Shown one piece after another: positions 7,655 through 16,087 of a stretch of DNA of 42,610 bases. The stretch's first letter is position 1. Each line of letters starts with the position of its first letter. The position numbers and the translations under genes were made by a program. The stretch is taken from positions 1 through 42,610 of the IMG/VR virus record IMGVR_UViG_3300044728_000289; one strand, written 5' to 3'. The stretch is from a virus. Taxonomy: Duplodnaviria > Caudoviricetes. The notes below the pieces were generated by a model. The model had not been told where the DNA came from. It ran no database searches and saw only the letters and a program-made list of their open reading frames with translations.

Positions 7655-7714
7655 CGCCGGCATTCGCCATTGCTTGTTGCATCTATGTCTGAAGTCGAGT
7701 ATAAATAGGACATG
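7655..7714 (+). promoter_or_regulatory. Repeated early promoter cassette, copy 4
   Basis: CGCCGGCA...TGTTGCATCTATGTCTGAAGTCGAGTATAAATAGGACATG. Confidence 0.9.
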
Positions 7715-8626
7715 CAGAACGACAGCAACCCGCGCGACCTGTTCAACGCCGCCTACAAGGCCAGCGTCGCCCTCGGGCGCAAGTTCGAGGTTGGCGATCT
7801 GACCCCCGCGCTGCGCCAGGCCGCGCGGGCCTACGCGGCCAGCTACGAGGGCGACTTCAGCTACATGGTCGAGATGCACGCCCAGGTCATCGCCGGCACC
7901 GGCGCCTTCCTGAGCGACAGCCAGAGCAAGGGCGTTCTGAACTGCCTGGCCGCCGACGCTCGTCGCCGCCTGGCCAGCCGCACCCCTGCCCCCGCGACTG
8001 GCGCCCCCGCGATCACCGTCCCACTGGGCACCTTCACCGTCGTCGCCCTGGACGGCTCGCGCACGACCATCCGCCTGCAGGAGCCGCGGACCAAGGACGG
8101 CCGCATCTTCGCCAGCTACCTGAGCGGCCAGGACAACGACGTTGACTTCACCTACTTCTCGACCCTCCGCGGCGGGATCCCGAGCGGCCGCCAGGACAAC
8201 TGCCCGATCCAGCGCCGGGCGCTCACCGCGATCCTCACGCCAGGTGCCGACCTCAAGGCGATGGGCCTGGCCTACAGCCTGGAGAGCAGCAACTGCTGGC
8301 GCTGCGGCCGCACCCTGACCGTGCCGGCCAGCATCCACTCGGGGCTCGGCCCCGACTGCGCGGCCAAGGTCGGCGCCATGTACGACGAGCCGACGACAAC
8401 GACCGAGGCCGCCGCCCCGGTCGTTGCCAAGGAGAACCCGACCGTGGCCTCAGCGCCAGAGACCCCGACCGCGGCGGTGGACAGTGTACGGAGGAGCGCC
8501 AATGGCCAGGCGATGAGCCGCTACGAGGCGGCCCAGGTCGACGGGACCCCGCGCCCAGCCGGTGGCTGGACCTACGACGACATCTTCCCCAGCGAAGCCG
8601 ACTGGGACGCCCGAGGAGTCCGCTAA
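7712..8626 (+). CDS. DUF6011-type zinc-ribbon protein
   Basis: CWRCGRTLTVPASIHSGLGPDCA motif. Confidence 0.8.
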   Translation: MQNDSNPRDLFNAAYKASVALGRKFEVGDLTPALRQAARAYAASYEGDFSYMVEMHAQVIAGTGAFLSDSQSKGVLNCLAADARRRLASRTPAPATGAPAITVPLGTFTVVALDGSRTTIRLQEPRTKDGRIFASYLSGQDNDVDFTYFSTLRGGIPSGRQDNCPIQRRALTAILTPGADLKAMGLAYSLESSNCWRCGRTLTVPASIHSGLGPDCAAKVGAMYDEPTTTTEAAAPVVAKENPTVASAPETPTAAVDSVRRSANGQAMSRYEAAQVDGTPRPAGGWTYDDIFPSEADWDARGVR

Positions 8627-8847
8627 TGATCGAACTCGTCCGCCTGGATCGGGTGCTGTCCAGTGGCAGCACCATGCCGGTGTTCATCAATCCGGCGCAA
8701 GTGCTGTTCGTTCAGGGCAACTGGAGGCCCGGCGAAAGCACGGTCTACTTCGCCTTTGACCAGACCGTCACGGTCAAGGGCTACACCTCTGACGTGGCCT
8801 ATGCCCTCTCGGGCGACGCCGTCCGCGAGCCCGTCCTGCGGACCTAA
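8626..8847 (+). CDS. Hypothetical small beta protein
   Basis: GAGGAG RBS, TAATG overlap; PVFINPAQVLFV. Confidence 0.75.
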   Translation: MIELVRLDRVLSSGSTMPVFINPAQVLFVQGNWRPGESTVYFAFDQTVTVKGYTSDVAYALSGDAVREPVLRT

Positions 8848-9788
8848 TGGCCAGCACGTCACACCGCCGCTGTCAGTACCAGGGTGAGGGGTGCATGGGC
8901 ACCGCGCACGCTGGCCATGACCAGTGCGCGCACTGTTTCTTCCAGTACGTCAAACCAGCCCTCCAGGCAGAAAGGCTTGCCGTGAAACGACGGCGCGCGA
9001 TCAAGAAGCAGCAGCTATCAGGCGCCAACCGCGCCCTGATCAGCGAGGTCGACCTGAAGGAGCCGCAGATGCGGGATCAGGTCGCTGACGCGGTCACCGC
9101 GGAATTGCCCGTCCGCTGGATTCCGCCGGTGGTCCGCGAGCAGGTCGTTGCCATCGCCCAGACCCTAGCCGAGGCCGAGGAGGACATGGGCCCGGGGTTC
9201 GCCGCGGAGCTTGGGGCAGACATGCGCGATCTGGTCAAGACGGGCGTGCTCAACTCCCTGGTCGTACCTGTCGACCTCCCCAAGCCACTTGAGAAGGAGG
9301 GCGGACCGACGCCCTGGATTCCGACCCCCGGCGGTGCCACTGGCCGCCGCGGGAAGCCGCCCATCACCGATGACATTCGCCTGGAGATCGCCCACGCCTA
9401 CGAGGCCGGCGAGCCCGTGCTGACCATTGCCCGCCGGCATGATGTCGCCCGCGGCACCGTGCTCAATATCGCCAAGGAGCTTGGCGTCAATCGTCACAGC
9501 CCGGCCACTGAATCAGTGGCACCACCCGAGGAGGTCCCCGAAGTGCCCATCAAGACCCGCACCACCATCGAGGTGCCGCACGACACGCCGCTGCCTGTCA
9601 CTCAGCCGCGGGCGGTCATCACCGCTAATGGCATCGCCGGCGCGGTCGGCACATGGAAGGTGACGTTCACCGTCACCCGCACCGAGACCATCGAAATCAA
9701 GGCCGACAGCCTGACCAGCGCCGCTCGCGGGGCCCAGGTCAACCTGCCCGAAGGGTCCGAAGTGGTCAGCCTTGAGCGGGTTGGCTAA
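8847..9788 (+). CDS. Putative regulator with N-terminal Cys/His cluster and central HTH
   Basis: CQYQGEGC...CAHC, then IAHAYEAGEPVLTIARRHDVARGTVLNIAK (resolvase/homeodomain-like HTH). Confidence 0.65.
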   Translation: MASTSHRRCQYQGEGCMGTAHAGHDQCAHCFFQYVKPALQAERLAVKRRRAIKKQQLSGANRALISEVDLKEPQMRDQVADAVTAELPVRWIPPVVREQVVAIAQTLAEAEEDMGPGFAAELGADMRDLVKTGVLNSLVVPVDLPKPLEKEGGPTPWIPTPGGATGRRGKPPITDDIRLEIAHAYEAGEPVLTIARRHDVARGTVLNIAKELGVNRHSPATESVAPPEEVPEVPIKTRTTIEVPHDTPLPVTQPRAVITANGIAGAVGTWKVTFTVTRTETIEIKADSLTSAARGAQVNLPEGSEVVSLERVG

Positions 9789-9925
9789 TGGAGGCTCTCA
9801 ACTGGGCCTTTGGCATTTCGATGATGGGGGTCTGCGCCCTCATCATCGCCGGGCCGTTCATTGTCGCCGGCCTGGCCATCTACCACGTCGGCAAAGAGGC
9901 CGGCCGCGCGGAGCGATTCAAGTGA
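9788..9925 (+). CDS. Small membrane protein (45 aa, absent from ORF track)
   Basis: Manual translation MEALNWAFGISMMGVCALIIAGPFIVAGLAIYHVGKEAGRAERFK. TAATG and GTGA overlaps fill the gap exactly. Confidence 0.7.
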   Translation: MEALNWAFGISMMGVCALIIAGPFIVAGLAIYHVGKEAGRAERFK

Positions 9926-10158
9926 GCTTTCTCGACAGCCTGCGGACGATGGACGAGGTGTGGGCCCTGGAGGCGGCCCACCACGGCCTCGACCCCGAGG
10001 CCCACACCCAGCTACACCACGTCTTCTACGCCGGCGCGGCGGCCCTGTTGATGCTGATCACCAACGCCGCGGACGACGGCGAGGACCCGAATGGCATCTT
10101 CGAGCGCCTGGCCAATGAACTGGCCGACTTTGGCCAGGCCAGCCGGCTGCCCGACTAG
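9922..10158 (+). CDS. Hypothetical protein
   Basis: GTG start at a GTGA overlap; FYAGAAALL motif seen in small phage proteins. Confidence 0.7.
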   Translation: MSFLDSLRTMDEVWALEAAHHGLDPEAHTQLHHVFYAGAAALLMLITNAADDGEDPNGIFERLANELADFGQASRLPD

Positions 10159-10307
10159 AGCAGCCGCGCCAGCGCCACCAGGCCAATGGTCAGGGCCTGG
10201 GGCGCTGGCAACTGGTTGGTGAAGTAGAAGACGAACACGAGCAACAGTGCCACCAGTGCGATCAGCCAGCCGATAGTGATCACCGGCGCGCTCACATTGA
10301 GATTCAT
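10155..10307 (-). CDS. Putative holin or two-TM membrane protein
   Basis: GGGGAG RBS, two hydrophobic segments, located at the end of the lysis cluster. Confidence 0.6.
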   Translation of the reverse strand: MNLNVSAPVITIGWLIALVALLLVFVFYFTNQLPAPQALTIGLVALARLL

Positions 10308-10315
10308 AGCTCCCC

Positions 10316-10456
10316 CTACTCGGTTGGCGGATGTTTCCGCCGGGTGACCTGCCAGCGCCAATGCACGATATGGACGAGGATCGCTCCCACGATGCCGGCG
10401 ATGAAGCCCTGGACTGCCGCTGGGTTGTCACTCAGGTACAGCAGCAGGGCTTGCAT
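10316..10456 (-). CDS. Small single-TM protein (holin/antiholin candidate)
   Basis: MQALLLYLSDNPAAVQGFIAGIVGAILVHIVHWRWQVTRRK, with a basic C-terminal tail. Confidence 0.55.
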   Translation of the reverse strand: MQALLLYLSDNPAAVQGFIAGIVGAILVHIVHWRWQVTRRKHPPTE

Positions 10457-10464
10457 GGGATTGT

Positions 10465-11004
10465 CTATCTGATCAGCCAGAGGCAGGACATGGCGCCGAG
10501 CGAGGCCCACTGCTGGCGGTCCAGGGTGTCCCAGACCGAGCGGTAGCCGGGGGCGCTGTTGGCGATCCAGAGCAGCCCATCTCTGGTCACCCCGCGGACG
10601 CTGACCCAGTGGTACCAGGCCTGCCCCGACAGCGCGCCGGGGACCTGGCGGTAGATCTCGTAGGCGGTGTCGAAGTCCAGCCAGCCGTGGCGGCTGTCGA
10701 GGCCGTACTCGCGCAGCACCCGCTGTAGCTGGCTGCCCGACCCATCCATGAGGCCGTAGGTGCTGTTGATGTTGTGCGGGTAGCCGATCTCCGCAGTGGC
10801 GCTCCACTCGTCGGCCAGGATGTTGACCTGGGTCGACCGCTCCAGCCAGGCCAGGCTGCAGGCGGCGCAGGTCCAGCCCGCGGCCTGGTTGTGCTGTGGC
10901 TCGTTGGGGTTGTAGCTATCCCACCAGCCGGTCGGGTCCGGCGGCGGGACCGGCGCGGGCGCGAGCGAGTGGACGGGCGCCCAGAGGCTACTCGTCGCTG
11001 GCAA
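10465..11004 (-). CDS. Papain-like/C39-type peptidase, probable endolysin catalytic unit
   Basis: Q...WTCAACS (Cys), YHWVSVRG (His) and WIANSAPG (Asn); next to membrane genes. Confidence 0.7.
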   Translation of the reverse strand: MPATSSLWAPVHSLAPAPVPPPDPTGWWDSYNPNEPQHNQAAGWTCAACSLAWLERSTQVNILADEWSATAEIGYPHNINSTYGLMDGSGSQLQRVLREYGLDSRHGWLDFDTAYEIYRQVPGALSGQAWYHWVSVRGVTRDGLLWIANSAPGYRSVWDTLDRQQWASLGAMSCLWLIR

Positions 11005-11224
11005 CGTAGCTGCCCTGCTCGGCGCTCCAGCCCAGCACCATGCCGCTGCTGAAGGCCTGCTGGACGCCGACGGGGGTCTGGATCTCGGGCGTCACCGGCA
11101 GCCCGACGTAGGTGCCCTCCGCGCGGAGCTTGCGCCACAGCTTGTAGATGGCGCTGTCCGGGTTGAAGTCGCCCGCGGCCTCGGTCGCCGCCCAGGCCTG
11201 GTCGTCGATCCAGCTACCGGCCAT
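10988..11224 (-). CDS. LGFP-repeat-like small protein
   Basis: AIYKLW...VGLPVTPE...GVQQAFSSG...W resembles one LGFP repeat. Confidence 0.55.
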   Translation of the reverse strand: MAGSWIDDQAWAATEAAGDFNPDSAIYKLWRKLRAEGTYVGLPVTPEIQTPVGVQQAFSSGMVLGWSAEQGSYVASDE

Positions 11225-11472
11225 CAGGCCGCGCCGCGGACGTGCTGCGGGATGTCCGGGTCCGGCTCGCTGACCCCATTGGGGTGCGGCGTCAGAGCTT
11301 CGTTCGGCGTCCCGCCGGGAAGCTCCAGCACACCCGCCTCAAGGTTCAGGTTGGCGCCCTGGGCCTCGCCGTAGCCCATCGCCTCGACGATGGTCTGGGC
11401 CGTCTGCTGGAAGGCCCCGTACTGCGCGCGTAGACGCGCCAGGGAGGCCTCGGGGATCTTGATGCTAGACAT
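11224..11472 (-). CDS. Hypothetical protein (possible fibre chaperone)
   Basis: GAGGAG RBS before ATG 11472; follows the fibre gene. Confidence 0.7.
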   Translation of the reverse strand: MSSIKIPEASLARLRAQYGAFQQTAQTIVEAMGYGEAQGANLNLEAGVLELPGGTPNEALTPHPNGVSEPDPDIPQHVRGAA

Positions 11473-11483
11473 GTAGCTGCTCC

Positions 11484-12854
11484 TCAGGAGGGGGTCTGAG
11501 CGGCTTCCAGGGCACTGATACGAGCCAGTGCGTCCTTGAGTGCGGCGTACAGCACCGGGGTGATCATCCCATACGTCAGGCCGCTCAGGGCCTCGCCGTC
11601 GTAGGTCACCGCCTCGGGCAGCGGGGTGACCCACTCCTCGGCCAGGAAGCCGATCTCGGGGATGTCGTCGCGGTGCAGGTAGCGGTAGGCCTGGATGTCG
11701 CCGCTGGTGACCATCGCCACCGCGGCCGCGGTGTCCAGCGGCGCGATGCTGGACTTGCTGGTCCGCGTCGACTCCTGCTGCCAACCGGTTGTGCCGCCCG
11801 CGGCGCCGTTGACCCAGAACAGCTTGCTGTGCCCATTGGCCTCGTTGACCGCGACCTGGGCGATGGCGCTGCCGGGCGTGACGTTGAGGAAGGCGACGCA
11901 CTCCCCCGAGACCGCGGTCAGGTACGTGTTCGAGCCCGACACCCGATGCCGCGAGGCGTACACGTCGGGGGCGTTGACCAGCCCCGCGGCGTCCAGCCGG
12001 GTCGCCCACAGGCCATTGCCGTAGGGCACCTCCAGGCGGCCGCCGCCGGGGACCCAGCGGATCATGACCTGATTGCTGGCCTCGAAGTAGACGATGCCGC
12101 CGTTGACGTTCAGGTTGCCCTGGGTGCCCATGCTGCCGTTGACCGTCAGCGTGCCCGCGATAGTGGCCGAGCCGGTGACACCGAAGTTGCGGCCGACGGT
12201 CAGGTCCAGGCCGACGCTCTGTGACTGGCCGACCGTCAGTGTGCCGGCCACCGCCATGCTGGCCACCGCGGTGGTCCCGCCGGTGACGGTCAGGGTGCCG
12301 TTGAGGGTCGTCCCGCCGTTGACGGTCAGGCCGGCCAGGTACGTCATGCCCGGGGTGACCGTCAGGCCCTGGGTGGCCAGCAGTTGGGTGCCCAGGCCGT
12401 CGGCGCCGTAGCCGTACAGGGTCGCGCCGGTGCCGAAGATCAACTGGGTGCTGGCACCCAGGCGGATCATGCCGTCGGCCTGGATCGTCAGCCGCGGGGT
12501 GGCGCCCTGCTGCAAGGTGACCGTCTGGCCGACGATGACGAGGTCCTTGTACAAGCCGGCGCGGTCGTAGGCCTGGACGACGCCGCGGCCGCCGCCCGCG
12601 GTCTCGTAGTAGATCTCCAGGCCGGCCCCGGCGTCGAACAGCGGCGCACCCGCGGTGGTCCGGAAGGCCCCGGGCAGGTCCAGCGGGGCGGTGATGGCCT
12701 GGCCGGAGACCTTGAGGCCCTTGCCCGTCTCGTGGGTGTGGTTCTCGACGGCCAGCGCCAGGACCTGCACGTCGTCCTTGACGAAGGCGTCATTCGGGGC
12801 GGTCGCGTAGGGGAAGTTGTTGACGGTGTAGTTGGTGCTGGTCAGTCGGGCCAT
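11484..12854 (-). CDS. Tail fibre/spike with C-terminal peptidase S74 intramolecular chaperone
   Basis: GxLTV beta repeats; STRTSK (Ser/Lys dyad), IGFLAEE, LPEAV, terminal RISALE coil. Start at ATG 12854 with GGAGG. Confidence 0.85.
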   Translation of the reverse strand: MARLTSTNYTVNNFPYATAPNDAFVKDDVQVLALAVENHTHETGKGLKVSGQAITAPLDLPGAFRTTAGAPLFDAGAGLEIYYETAGGGRGVVQAYDRAGLYKDLVIVGQTVTLQQGATPRLTIQADGMIRLGASTQLIFGTGATLYGYGADGLGTQLLATQGLTVTPGMTYLAGLTVNGGTTLNGTLTVTGGTTAVASMAVAGTLTVGQSQSVGLDLTVGRNFGVTGSATIAGTLTVNGSMGTQGNLNVNGGIVYFEASNQVMIRWVPGGGRLEVPYGNGLWATRLDAAGLVNAPDVYASRHRVSGSNTYLTAVSGECVAFLNVTPGSAIAQVAVNEANGHSKLFWVNGAAGGTTGWQQESTRTSKSSIAPLDTAAAVAMVTSGDIQAYRYLHRDDIPEIGFLAEEWVTPLPEAVTYDGEALSGLTYGMITPVLYAALKDALARISALEAAQTPS

Positions 12855-14782
12855 CAGGCCACCTCCTCGGTCCATTGCACGCCCTTGACGCGCAAGCTGC
12901 CGCGCCACTGGCGACCCACTTCGTCGAAAGCCTGGCGCACCTGATAGTCGGTGAAGCTCAGATTCTGGACCGTCTCGTCCGGCAGGACACAGCGCACGGT
13001 GCCCTTGTTGTCGACGGCCGCCTCGACCAGCCGCTGGATCTCCTTGCGGCCCATGCGGATCGGCACCCCGTCCCGTCGTACCAGGCCGTCGGCGCACAGG
13101 ATGTCGGCCTCGAAGGTCATGATCCGCTGCGGCCGCAGCGCGTGGCCGATGGCCACCGAGGAGACCAGCGGGCTGGTCGCCGGCGCGGCGTTGTGGAGGT
13201 GGATGCGGAAGCTGCCCAGGGTCGTCGTGGTGCCGTTGGGGAAGGGGAACTCCTCGATCACCACCTGATCGAAGTGATTGTCGAGGTCCAGCCAGGGGCC
13301 GACCGGGTCGGTGCGGTAGCTGACGGTGACGTAGTTCGAGACGTTCAACTGCGGCCCGGTGACGGCGATGTGACGCAGCGTCTTCTGGCTGGCGTGGTAG
13401 CCGCCGTGCCACAGCGGCAGGTCGACCCAGTCATCGTCGGTGCTGAAGGCGTACAGGTCGCACGACGCCGGGTTAGGGGTACAGGGGTTCTGGAACCAGT
13501 TGATGGTGCCGTCGCTGCAGCCGATGTACGTGCGCGTGTGGCCGGCCGCGGACGCGCCGATGGCCGAGACGAACAGGCTGGTCCCGATGCAGCCCATGAA
13601 GGCGTGACTGAGGCTGCCGTGCCAGGCGTCGACGCGGGTGGCCGCGGGGTCGCTGCCCTGGCCGGTCATGCCGCTGGTGACGAAGCCGCCGAACTTCATC
13701 AGGTAGCTGTTGCCCGAGTCGGGGTTGTAGAGCATGGCGTAGGCGAACATCGTGCCCAGGCCGGCGAAGGCCGTAATCTGGCCTGCCACCGGGCCATCGT
13801 TGCTGATCAGGCGGTCGGTGCCGATGTCCTCCAGCGTCAGGTCGGCGCCCAGGCGGAAGAAGCTCTGGCCGTAGCCGACGTACAGGTCGTTCTCGAACTG
13901 CCCCTGCACGCGACCGTTGTCCGGGCGCACGGCGAACTTCAGGAAGGGGTATAGCTGCTGGTCGGTGCCGGTCTGGTCCAGGGTGTAGATGCCGTCGGTC
14001 TTCAGGATCAGCATCTGCCCCGCGGCCGTCGCCGCCAGGTCGGTGACGTAGCCGGCCGCGTCGCCCACGCGGAAGATCAGCGCGGTGTAGTTGGCCTCGA
14101 CCGTCGGGTCGGCGTTCACGTCGCACTTGCGCAGGCGGTTGACGCCATCGGCCCACCAGAACTCGCGGCCGATGGCCAGGAAGGCCAGCGCGGTGAAGGT
14201 GGCCATCGGGGTGTAGGTGGCGCCGTCCGCGGTGTGCTGGGCGACTGCCCCGAACAGGGCGATGAAGGCCCGCCGGATGCCGTCGAAGTTGCTGGTGAAG
14301 ACCTCGACGTTGACGACGTGGATGCCCGCGCCGAAGTCCTTGACGACGGCCCAGGTGTTGTCGGCCGCGCGCTTCAGGATGTACCGCCCGTTGGCGGCGA
14401 ACAGGTTGCCGCCCAACTCGAAGAAGCAGCGGATGCCGTTGACCGTATCGCGGGTCGGGGGCGTGTACTCGGTGATATACGGGCCCTTGCACCACGGCCA
14501 GACTGACAGGTCGACGCCCATCGCCTGGGCGTAGCGGAAGTCCTGCCACTTCTCCTGCAGCCGCAGGCCCATGCCCAGCGCCAGGCTCTCGAAGGGCTCC
14601 TGGCGGTCACTGATCGGGCTGGTCCCGCCGTAGCTGTACTCGGGCGGCTGGACCTGCGCCAGGTCGGCGCTCTTGGTCGAGACCAGTGCCGGCTGGTTCG
14701 GCCCGGGGCTGCCGAGCAGGAACCCGTCGCCGTCGATCTTGATGCTGAAGGGATAGGGCTCGCGCTTGACGTACAGGCTCAC
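12854..14782 (-). CDS. Probable tail nozzle/stabilisation protein
   Basis: 642 aa, beta-propeller-like sequence character, located between adaptor and fibre. Confidence 0.55.
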   Translation of the reverse strand: MSLYVKREPYPFSIKIDGDGFLLGSPGPNQPALVSTKSADLAQVQPPEYSYGGTSPISDRQEPFESLALGMGLRLQEKWQDFRYAQAMGVDLSVWPWCKGPYITEYTPPTRDTVNGIRCFFELGGNLFAANGRYILKRAADNTWAVVKDFGAGIHVVNVEVFTSNFDGIRRAFIALFGAVAQHTADGATYTPMATFTALAFLAIGREFWWADGVNRLRKCDVNADPTVEANYTALIFRVGDAAGYVTDLAATAAGQMLILKTDGIYTLDQTGTDQQLYPFLKFAVRPDNGRVQGQFENDLYVGYGQSFFRLGADLTLEDIGTDRLISNDGPVAGQITAFAGLGTMFAYAMLYNPDSGNSYLMKFGGFVTSGMTGQGSDPAATRVDAWHGSLSHAFMGCIGTSLFVSAIGASAAGHTRTYIGCSDGTINWFQNPCTPNPASCDLYAFSTDDDWVDLPLWHGGYHASQKTLRHIAVTGPQLNVSNYVTVSYRTDPVGPWLDLDNHFDQVVIEEFPFPNGTTTTLGSFRIHLHNAAPATSPLVSSVAIGHALRPQRIMTFEADILCADGLVRRDGVPIRMGRKEIQRLVEAAVDNKGTVRCVLPDETVQNLSFTDYQVRQAFDEVGRQWRGSLRVKGVQWTEEVA

Positions 14783-15798
14783 ACGCGCACCGCCGGGCCG
14801 AAGATGCGCCGCGGCTTGAGCGTATGGCTCGGCAGCGGGGCGGTGAAGTGTTCGCGGCAGCGGTCAGAGAACCAGGCCGCGGCGGCCTGCTGGTCGCGCA
14901 CCAGGCGCTGGTTGGCCTGCGGCTCCAGCAGATGGGCGAAGCGCCGCCAGGCGATGACCAGGGCCGACGAGGCGACCCAGTCCCGCTCGACCGGCGCCTC
15001 GTCGGTCTCGTAGAACAGCCCGGCCTGGCCGCCGAACGTACCACCCGCGGGGCGGCAGTGGTCGAAGGCCCGCTTCAGGCAGCGCAGGTAGAGCAGGTCG
15101 CCCACCTGAAAGCTGCGGGTGCCGGTGTTCAGGTACATGCGGCCGGCGTCGACCTCGACCTCGCCGCGGACGACCCGCTGGAAGGGGTCCTGCACGTTGC
15201 GGTCTTCGTCCTGCGCCAGCCAGCCGACCTGCAGGATGTCGCTCGGATCCTGCAACCAGGGCGCCACGATGCCCAGGTCGTGCCTGGTCGCGCCGAAGCT
15301 GGGGATAGCCGCCACCTCGACGATCAGCCAGCACTGCTTCAGGCCGTCGTTGATCAACTGGTGCAGCGTCGGCACGTCGAACGGGCCCAGGATCTCGAAC
15401 CGCTCGCCCACGCCGTTGATGTCGTTCCCCTCAAGCTGCTCATACGTGTAGAACATCAGGTCCGCGTAGGTGTGCGCCTCAAGCTCGGCGTACGTGGTCG
15501 CCAGGGTCGTCGAGATGGGCGGGTTGGTCCATTCGAGGTCCGGGAAGATCTCGCCGTCGGCCGGGTTGTAGGCCTGGATGTAGCGGTGTTTGTCCTCGAA
15601 CAGGACCGCGTTGGGGCGGTACAGCGGGCGGTCGATGAGCATGTCGGTCTGCGGGATGCCCGACTGGATGGGGTAGACGTGGCAGGCCAGGACGGTGGTC
15701 GAGCTTCCGCCCATGGCGCGCACGTTGTACTGCTCGGGCCCGACATACGGCCCCGACTCCATGGCGACAGTGCGGCGGTACTCGGCCAGGGTCGGCAT
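14779..15798 (-). CDS. Probable head-tail adaptor/tail tubular protein
   Basis: MPTLAEYRRTV N-terminus and LHQLINDGL helix; position in the structural module. Confidence 0.5.
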   Translation of the reverse strand: MPTLAEYRRTVAMESGPYVGPEQYNVRAMGGSSTTVLACHVYPIQSGIPQTDMLIDRPLYRPNAVLFEDKHRYIQAYNPADGEIFPDLEWTNPPISTTLATTYAELEAHTYADLMFYTYEQLEGNDINGVGERFEILGPFDVPTLHQLINDGLKQCWLIVEVAAIPSFGATRHDLGIVAPWLQDPSDILQVGWLAQDEDRNVQDPFQRVVRGEVEVDAGRMYLNTGTRSFQVGDLLYLRCLKRAFDHCRPAGGTFGGQAGLFYETDEAPVERDWVASSALVIAWRRFAHLLEPQANQRLVRDQQAAAAWFSDRCREHFTAPLPSHTLKPRRIFGPAVRV

Positions 15799-16077
15799 CT
15801 ACATTCCCGCAAGCTGGCTGATGAACGCCAGCGGGATCAGGTCGAAGCCCGCATCGAGGTCGTTCACGCCGGACTTGATCGTCGCCTCCTGGCCGTCGAG
15901 GAAGTGGTACGGAGCGCCCTTCAGGTCGGTCACCGCCAGCCACTCCTGGCTCTGGGTGACGCGGCTGCGCAGCGCCAGGTAGTCGCGCATGAGGGTGCCG
16001 ACCTCAACGTTGACCTGGCCGGCAGTCTGCGGCGCCGCGCCGATGGTCGCGGGTGGAACGGGGGCGGGCTGCGTCAT
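15799..16077 (-). CDS. Hypothetical virion-module protein
   Basis: AAAGGA RBS; clean ORF. Confidence 0.7.
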   Translation of the reverse strand: MTQPAPVPPATIGAAPQTAGQVNVEVGTLMRDYLALRSRVTQSQEWLAVTDLKGAPYHFLDGQEATIKSGVNDLDAGFDLIPLAFISQLAGM

Positions 16078-16087
16078 GGGGTTCCTT

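Noticed and set aside
5498-7714. Four ~40-nt repeats as a CRISPR array
   Set aside because: They are 500-900 nt apart with whole genes between them and have promoter geometry; there is no cas operon.
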